Assembly: GCA_029974175.1 (NCBI GenBank)
Contig: JARKSS010000099.1
Coordinates: 1 to 46,473 of the forward strand
Length of the DNA: 46,473 nt
Source of the DNA: Vicinamibacterales bacterium
GTDB taxonomy: Bacteria > Acidobacteriota > Vicinamibacteria > Vicinamibacterales > Fen-181
Direction of reading: 5' to 3'
The notes beneath the pieces are model-generated. The model saw only the letters and a list, made by a program, of their open reading frames with translations. It made no database searches and was not told the origin of the DNA. The position numbers and the translations under genes are program-made. Shown in pieces: positions 41,577-46,473 of this stretch (position 1 is its first letter; every line of letters starts with the position of its first letter).

Positions 41577-44500
41577 GTGAATCGAACAACCACCAGCTCC
41601 AACGCGCGATTCTCGTACTGGCCGGCCCTTCTCGCCGCGGCCGCGGCGCTCGCGATGCTGTCGTGGCCGGCGCGGGCACACGCGCAGCTCGACCCGCTGC
41701 TGTTCGCCAAGCGCGTCCCGCCGACGGTCATCGTCGTGATGGACACCTCGTTCCAGATGCTGAATGACGGATGGGACGGCCGTCACGACGATTCCGACGC
41801 GGTCCTGTGGCCAAACGGCAGCATCTACGACACGGCCACCTACCGGGTGTCGGACGCGTCGCACGACCTGCGGGTGGCCCTGAACCTGCCCCCCAACGCC
41901 ACCTACTACCGCCGGATCTACCGGAACTTCCAGTTCAGCACGACGATGCCGGACGCGACGCAGAAGTACACGGCGGACGCCATCGAGGCCATCTCCGACC
42001 TGGATCCCAGGTACGCGCGCTTCTGGAGTCCGACCCGCTACGAGATCGCCCGCCTCGGCATCCGCGACGCCGTGGAGCACAACCGCGGTGCAAACTTCAG
42101 GTGGGGCCTCTACAAGCTGCGGCAGAACCAGCCGGCCCTCCGCACGACCTGCGACGGACCGGTGATCGTGCCGGCCGGCTCGCGGCTGGCCGGCCTCGCC
42201 GACACGGGCGCGTGCGACGGCGGCGGCCTGCTCGGCATCTTCGCGACCAGCGTGGCCGGCCTGAACTCGACTGGCCTCAGCACCAGCTCGACCCTCGTGC
42301 CGCCGGCCGCCAACACGGCGTCGCAGATCCTCACCCAGCTCGGAGACGACAGGCAGTTCCTTGGCCAGACGAACCCGTTCGATTCTTCGGCAGGGGGACC
42401 GTTCGCAGCGCGGCCTCAAGACCTGATCCCGGCCGGCCTCGACACGCAGGGCTTCGAGGACCGCCCGCTGACGCAGCTGCTCGGCGACATCAAGGCGGCC
42501 GCGACGAGCGCCATCACGGCCGATACCGCGTGCTCGAACTGCCGCAACACGGTCGTGGTGCTGGTGACGGCCGGCGGGGATCACAGCGCCAACCCTTCGG
42601 CCGTGGCGGCCGAGTTCAAGGCGCTCGCGGCAGGCGGCGGCCACAAGGTGCCGATCTTCGTGGTCTGGGTGCGCCCGAACCAGCACTCGCCGAACTATGC
42701 GACCGACCAGGTGCAGCTGCAGACGATTGCCGACTCGAGCGGCGGCGTGCTGATTCGCGCGTGGAACCGGCCCGGCGTGGCGCGCGCGGTGAACCTCGCG
42801 CTCCAGGCCGGCTTCAGCCGCCCGCCAGACTTCAACTTGCAGACCGAGCGCCGATCGAGCGAGTTCTACCCCGTCAGCCCGGTGGTGGGCACGGTGAACC
42901 TCAAGGATGCCCGCGACGCGACAGGGGCGGAGTTGCCCAACCACACCGTGTACACCGCCAGTGGGGACCTCATCCCGCAGCGCAACAACTTCATGCTCAC
43001 CGCGGGCTTCGGCCTCGGCCTGGCCGATGCGCATGCCTTCCCGCACGGGCCGGGCTTCTACGGACGCTTGCGCGCCTTCCGGGTCTTCAAACCGGTTCCC
43101 GACAGCACGAAGCCGTCGGGCTACACCTTCACCAAGGACGGTACGCCCCTGTGGCCCGACCTGGATGGAAGGCCCGAGCTGGCGAATCTCGCCAGAGTGC
43201 CGAAGAATCCCGACTCGCGCAACATCTACACCTATATCCCCAACGTGGGGATGGTGGCGTTCACGCCCGAGAACCACGCGGTGATCGAGCCGTTCCTCGG
43301 CCCGTCCCACAGCGCGAACGCCCTGAACACGTCGAACGTTGCGGCGAGGGACCTGATCAGCTACATCCGCCGGCAGCCGCTGGGCGCGGTGATCGGCTCC
43401 ACCCCCGCAATCATGGACCCGCCATCGCTCGACCCGCCGCCCGACGACGACTACGGGCGCCCCGACGCGGCAGGCACCTACGCGGGCGACCACAAGGATC
43501 GCCGGTCCATCATCTGGATTGGCGCCAACGACGGCATGCTCCACGCGATCGATGCGCGAACCGGGTACGAGGTCTGGGCCTTCATCCCCTTCAACCTCCT
43601 GCCGAAGCTGCGCGCGATCTACGAGCAGGGGCAGCCCGTGGAGCAGTTCAACTACTACATGGACCAGTCGCCGAAGATCGCGGAGATCAAGACGAGCGAC
43701 GGGTGGCGCAGCTACCTGGTGATCGGCGAGGGTCCCGGCGGCACCTTCTACCAGGCCTTCGACGTGACCGAGGCCGGCATGGACGGGCCGCCCCCCGAGA
43801 GCGACGACTTCGAGGGGGTGCTGGCCTCGTTCGCGAGCCCGAGCCGCGTCCAGTTCAAGTGGGCCTTCCCCGACTACCGCAGCTTCGACACGACTTACCG
43901 GCAGGACATCTGGCTGACCTCGACCGGTACTCCCGCAGGAACGCCCACCGACGCGACGCCCGGCAGTGTCTACCGGGCTTACGGCGAGCTGAGGACCAGT
44001 GCGACCATGGCGGAAAAGACCGTCGGCCAGACCTGGTCCGACCCCGCTGTCGGCGCGCTCAACGCCGACCGCAGCGTCAACGTCGCGATGGTCGGCTCGG
44101 GGTACTACCCGATCGAGGCCGAGACGGTGGTGCCCGGCCGCGGCGGCGTCAGTGCCGGGCACGCCTTCTAGCTCATTCGCATGGATACCGGGAAACTTCT
44201 CGGCAACGCCGGGGGCGGGGCCTGCAACGGGATGGGATGCTACGACGTGGGCGACGACAGCCCCTCGCCCAAGAAGGCACTGCAAGCCGACCCGACCGTG
44301 ACAGGCAATTACGGATCGTACATCGCCAAGTGGGCGTACCTGGGCGACCTCGACGGCAAGTACTACCGCTTCGAGTTCGATGAGACCGGTCGGATCAAGA
44401 CCCCGCTCGTGGTCAAGACAACCGACAAGCCGATCTACGCCTCGTCCGCACTGATGTACGTCGGCTCCGCTTACCGGTACGTCTTCTTCATGACGGGCAG

Positions 44501-45038
44501 CGACCTTCTCCCGACGTCGCCGTCCTCTTCGGGCGGGACGGGGCAGTTCAAGCTCTTCGGGGTGCAGGACGCCAACGGCGTGTTCTCCGACTCGTTCGAT
44601 CCCATCGACTTGAGCCCGGTCACCAACCTGGGGGGGCTGCCGGTTGGCGAGCGGCCGTCCACCTCACCAGCCGTCGCGGGCGAGATCGTCTTCTTCACGA
44701 CCACGGTGGACGTCGCGCCCGCGTGCTCCACGGAACTCGCGGGCTCGCCGGTGGACACCATGCACAACCTGTACGCGCTGACCTACCAAGGTACCGGCGC
44801 CTACCTCGGGACAGGGGTGAGCAGCGGGAAAAAGGGAGGCGGCGGTAACACCTCCGTCCTGTTCAACACCGGGGCGGGGCGCGCGACGGCACCGTTCATC
44901 GTGGACCAGCACCTCTACTTCGCGACCTCCGGCTCGACCGGGCCGAAGGTCGAGGCGTTCGGCGACCCGAACGACTTCAACAACGGTGTCGGCCAGGTGG
45001 GTGTCCGCATCCTTTCCTGGCGGGAGATCCGGCGATGA
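41577..45038 (+). pseudogene. pilY1: PilY1-like pilus tip adhesin (vWA + beta-propeller); single reading frame interrupted by one in-frame TAG (44169-44171)
   Basis: Track ORFs 41577..44171 and 44181..45038 share a frame, separated only by TAG-CTC-ATT-CGC. Signal peptide, vWA 'VIVVMDTSFQM', PilY1 hallmark 'IWIGANDGMLHAIDARTGYEVWAFIP', 'GGTFYQAFDVT', and C-terminal 'AYLGDLDGKYYRFEF'. The combined ~1153 codons fit PilY1 size. Confidence 0.75.
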
Positions 45039-45847
45039 GCGGTGCAGTCGGTAACCGGTACGGCCATGCGGCCGTCGCCGCGGCGGCGGCCCTTGTCCTG
45101 CTGCTGGCGGGATGCGCCCAGGGCCCGGATCCCTCGGCCGCGCCCACAGCGGCAGCGGCGAAGGAGGGTCCCCTCGCCGCGATGCTGCGGGCCACCGCGT
45201 CGCGTACTCACGTCCCGGGTGAGCAGGTGCCCACGGAGCTGCCGTTCATCGACGCGCCCGCGGCCGGGACGCTCGCCTACTCGCGGGGAGAGCTCGAGCA
45301 CGCCCTGGAGATGTTCCAGCGGCAGATTGCCGACCACCCGAGCGATGCCGAGTCGCACAGCAACGCGGCGCAGGTGCTGATCCGGCTGGGGCGCCCCCTC
45401 GAGGCGCTGCCGCTGCTCGAGCGGGCGGTGGCGCTGAACGACGGCCGGTGGGCCTACCGCTTCAACCTGGCGCGCTGCCGCGGCCTGCTCGGCGACTGGA
45501 CCGGGGCAATCTCAGACTACCGTGTCGCCGCCAACCTGTTCCCTGGCGACTACGCCACCCTCTTCAACCTGGCGCAGGCGCTCCACCGTGCGGGCCTGGA
45601 CGAGGAAGCGGCGGCGCAGTACCGCGAGGCGATCAAGGCAAAGCCCGATGACGCGAGCTTCTACCTTGCCCTCGGCATCAGCGAGGAGAAGCTCGGCGAC
45701 ACCACTGCGGCGATCACCGCGTACCGCGAGTTCCTCGCCCTTGCACCCGACGCGGTCGAGGCCAAGGGGGTGAGCGCGCGCGTGGAGGAACTGGAAAGGA
45801 AGACTGCTTCGACACCCCCGTCCGCCGCCGCTGAGCCGGCCGGCTGA
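45035..45847 (+). CDS. TPR-repeat lipoprotein (PilF/PilW-pilotin-like position)
   Basis: ATGA overlap with the pilY1 stop. Lipobox 'LLLAGC'. At least four TPR units ('AESHSNAAQVLIRLGRPLEALPLLERAVAL', 'YRFNLARC', 'ATLFNLAQALHRAG', 'ASFYLALGISEEKLGD'). Confidence 0.75.
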   Translation: MSGAVGNRYGHAAVAAAAALVLLLAGCAQGPDPSAAPTAAAAKEGPLAAMLRATASRTHVPGEQVPTELPFIDAPAAGTLAYSRGELEHALEMFQRQIADHPSDAESHSNAAQVLIRLGRPLEALPLLERAVALNDGRWAYRFNLARCRGLLGDWTGAISDYRVAANLFPGDYATLFNLAQALHRAGLDEEAAAQYREAIKAKPDDASFYLALGISEEKLGDTTAAITAYREFLALAPDAVEAKGVSARVEELERKTASTPPSAAAEPAG

Positions 45848-45904
45848 CGAACCGTCGCCGCCCGCACCGGGCTGCCAGGCCGATAGCGGGGGCGAGGCGC
45901 CGAG

Positions 45905-46473
45905 TCAGAGGGAACCGTCGAACACGCTTTCCAACCAGGCTTCGAAATCCGTGCCGTCCCCCGGCGGCACCTCGCACCGCGGCAAGAGCAGCGGCGGCAT
46001 GCCGGCCGTTGCGACGCCGGGATCCACGGTCACCCCGACCGTGAAGCCGCTCTCGCGGACGATGCGCACCGTCGCCGGACGGCGCTCGCCGAAGGGGTAG
46101 GCGAAGGCGTCCACCGGGCACCCCGCGATCCCCTCGAGCAGGCGCTTGTTCTCCTCCACCTCGCGCCGCTGGACGTCCTCGCTGTGAAGCGGCAGGCAGA
46201 GGTGACGCGCCCCGTGCGCGCCGATCGAGATGCCGGGCGTGGCGGCCAGCCGCGCAATCCCTTCCAGATCCAGGATGGCGATTCGTTCGAGACCCGGCTG
46301 CACGCCGCTCCATTCTGCCAGCTCACGCTCCAATCTCTTTCGCGGCGCTTCCGGAAGCGAGTAGAGGATCTCGGTCACGCGCTGGCGCGCCGCGGCCCTT
46401 GCAGGTAGGCCCGTGGGGAGCGGTTCGTGAATTCCCGCCGTGGGCAGTATCAGCTCTCCCGGAAGCGCGCGGC
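45905..46473 (-). CDS. polysaccharide deacetylase (NodB-homology) family protein, 5' end outside window
   Basis: 'ISIGAHGARH' and 'DAFAYPFGE' NodB motifs. The frame upstream of track GTG 46378 stays open to the window edge (my translation ...RALPGELILPTAGIHEPLPTGLPARAAARQR-VTEIL). Confidence 0.7.
   Translation of the reverse strand, partial: RALPGELILPTAGIHEPLPTGLPARAAARQRVTEILYSLPEAPRKRLERELAEWSGVQPGLERIAILDLEGIARLAATPGISIGAHGARHLCLPLHSEDVQRREVEENKRLLEGIAGCPVDAFAYPFGERRPATVRIVRESGFTVGVTVDPGVATAGMPPLLLPRCEVPPGDGTDFEAWLESVFDGSL

Noticed and set aside
41373-44285. 970-aa ORF on the minus strand, the longest in the track
   Set aside because: It is antisense to the PilY1-like gene. The product is Arg/Gly/Val/Ala low-complexity with no recognisable motifs, while the plus-strand frame has clear PilY1 signatures and GC3 bias. 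A typical GC-rich shadow ORF.

Overview
Very GC-rich, strongly GC3-biased chromosomal segment. A TIGR03436-type 'acidobacterial VWFA' gene and the overall gene content suggest an Acidobacteriota-like organism, but this is inference only. I can support about 42 protein genes. I recognised no rRNA, tRNA, CRISPR array, transposase, integrase or phage gene, and the many very long antisense or off-frame ORFs in the track are GC-shadow artefacts.

Gene content:
- Envelope: an O-antigen-ligase-like protein, an OmpA-like lipoprotein, a PDZ protein and a polysaccharide deacetylase.
- Signalling (a heavy load): two NtrC-type sigma-54 activators, two histidine kinases, a FliA-type sigma factor and three PP2C/GAF proteins.
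- Metabolism and housekeeping: a CopA/CcoI-like P-type ATPase, FabZ, an AcpS - carrier protein - alpha-oxoamine synthase trio, type-II IDH, an acylating ALDH, an orphan NuoG-like/CcdA pair and an M1 aminopeptidase.
- A fimT-pilV-pilW-pilX-pilY1-TPR minor-pilin operon.

Most notable observations:
1. A compact regulatory module at 2831-7365. It comprises a sigma-54 activator, a co-transcribed disordered tandem-repeat protein, a stand-alone DHp (H-box only) protein, and a perfect sigma-54 promoter with upstream dyads driving a FliA-type sigma factor.
2. Two unrelated genes (a membrane PP2C phosphatase and PilY1) are each interrupted by one in-frame TAG in the identical heptamer context CTTCTAG. 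A VWFA gene is also frameshifted.
3. Dispersed families of 7-8 bp tandem arrays sit in intergenic DNA, and a REP-like palindrome carries a built-in TAG that terminates several genes and also occurs in-frame inside a CDS.
4. A Kbl-like alpha-oxoamine synthase is translationally coupled to its own carrier protein.
5. Two small membrane ORFs fall below the ORF-track length cut-off.

All family assignments come from motifs read by eye and from memory. No database search was run.
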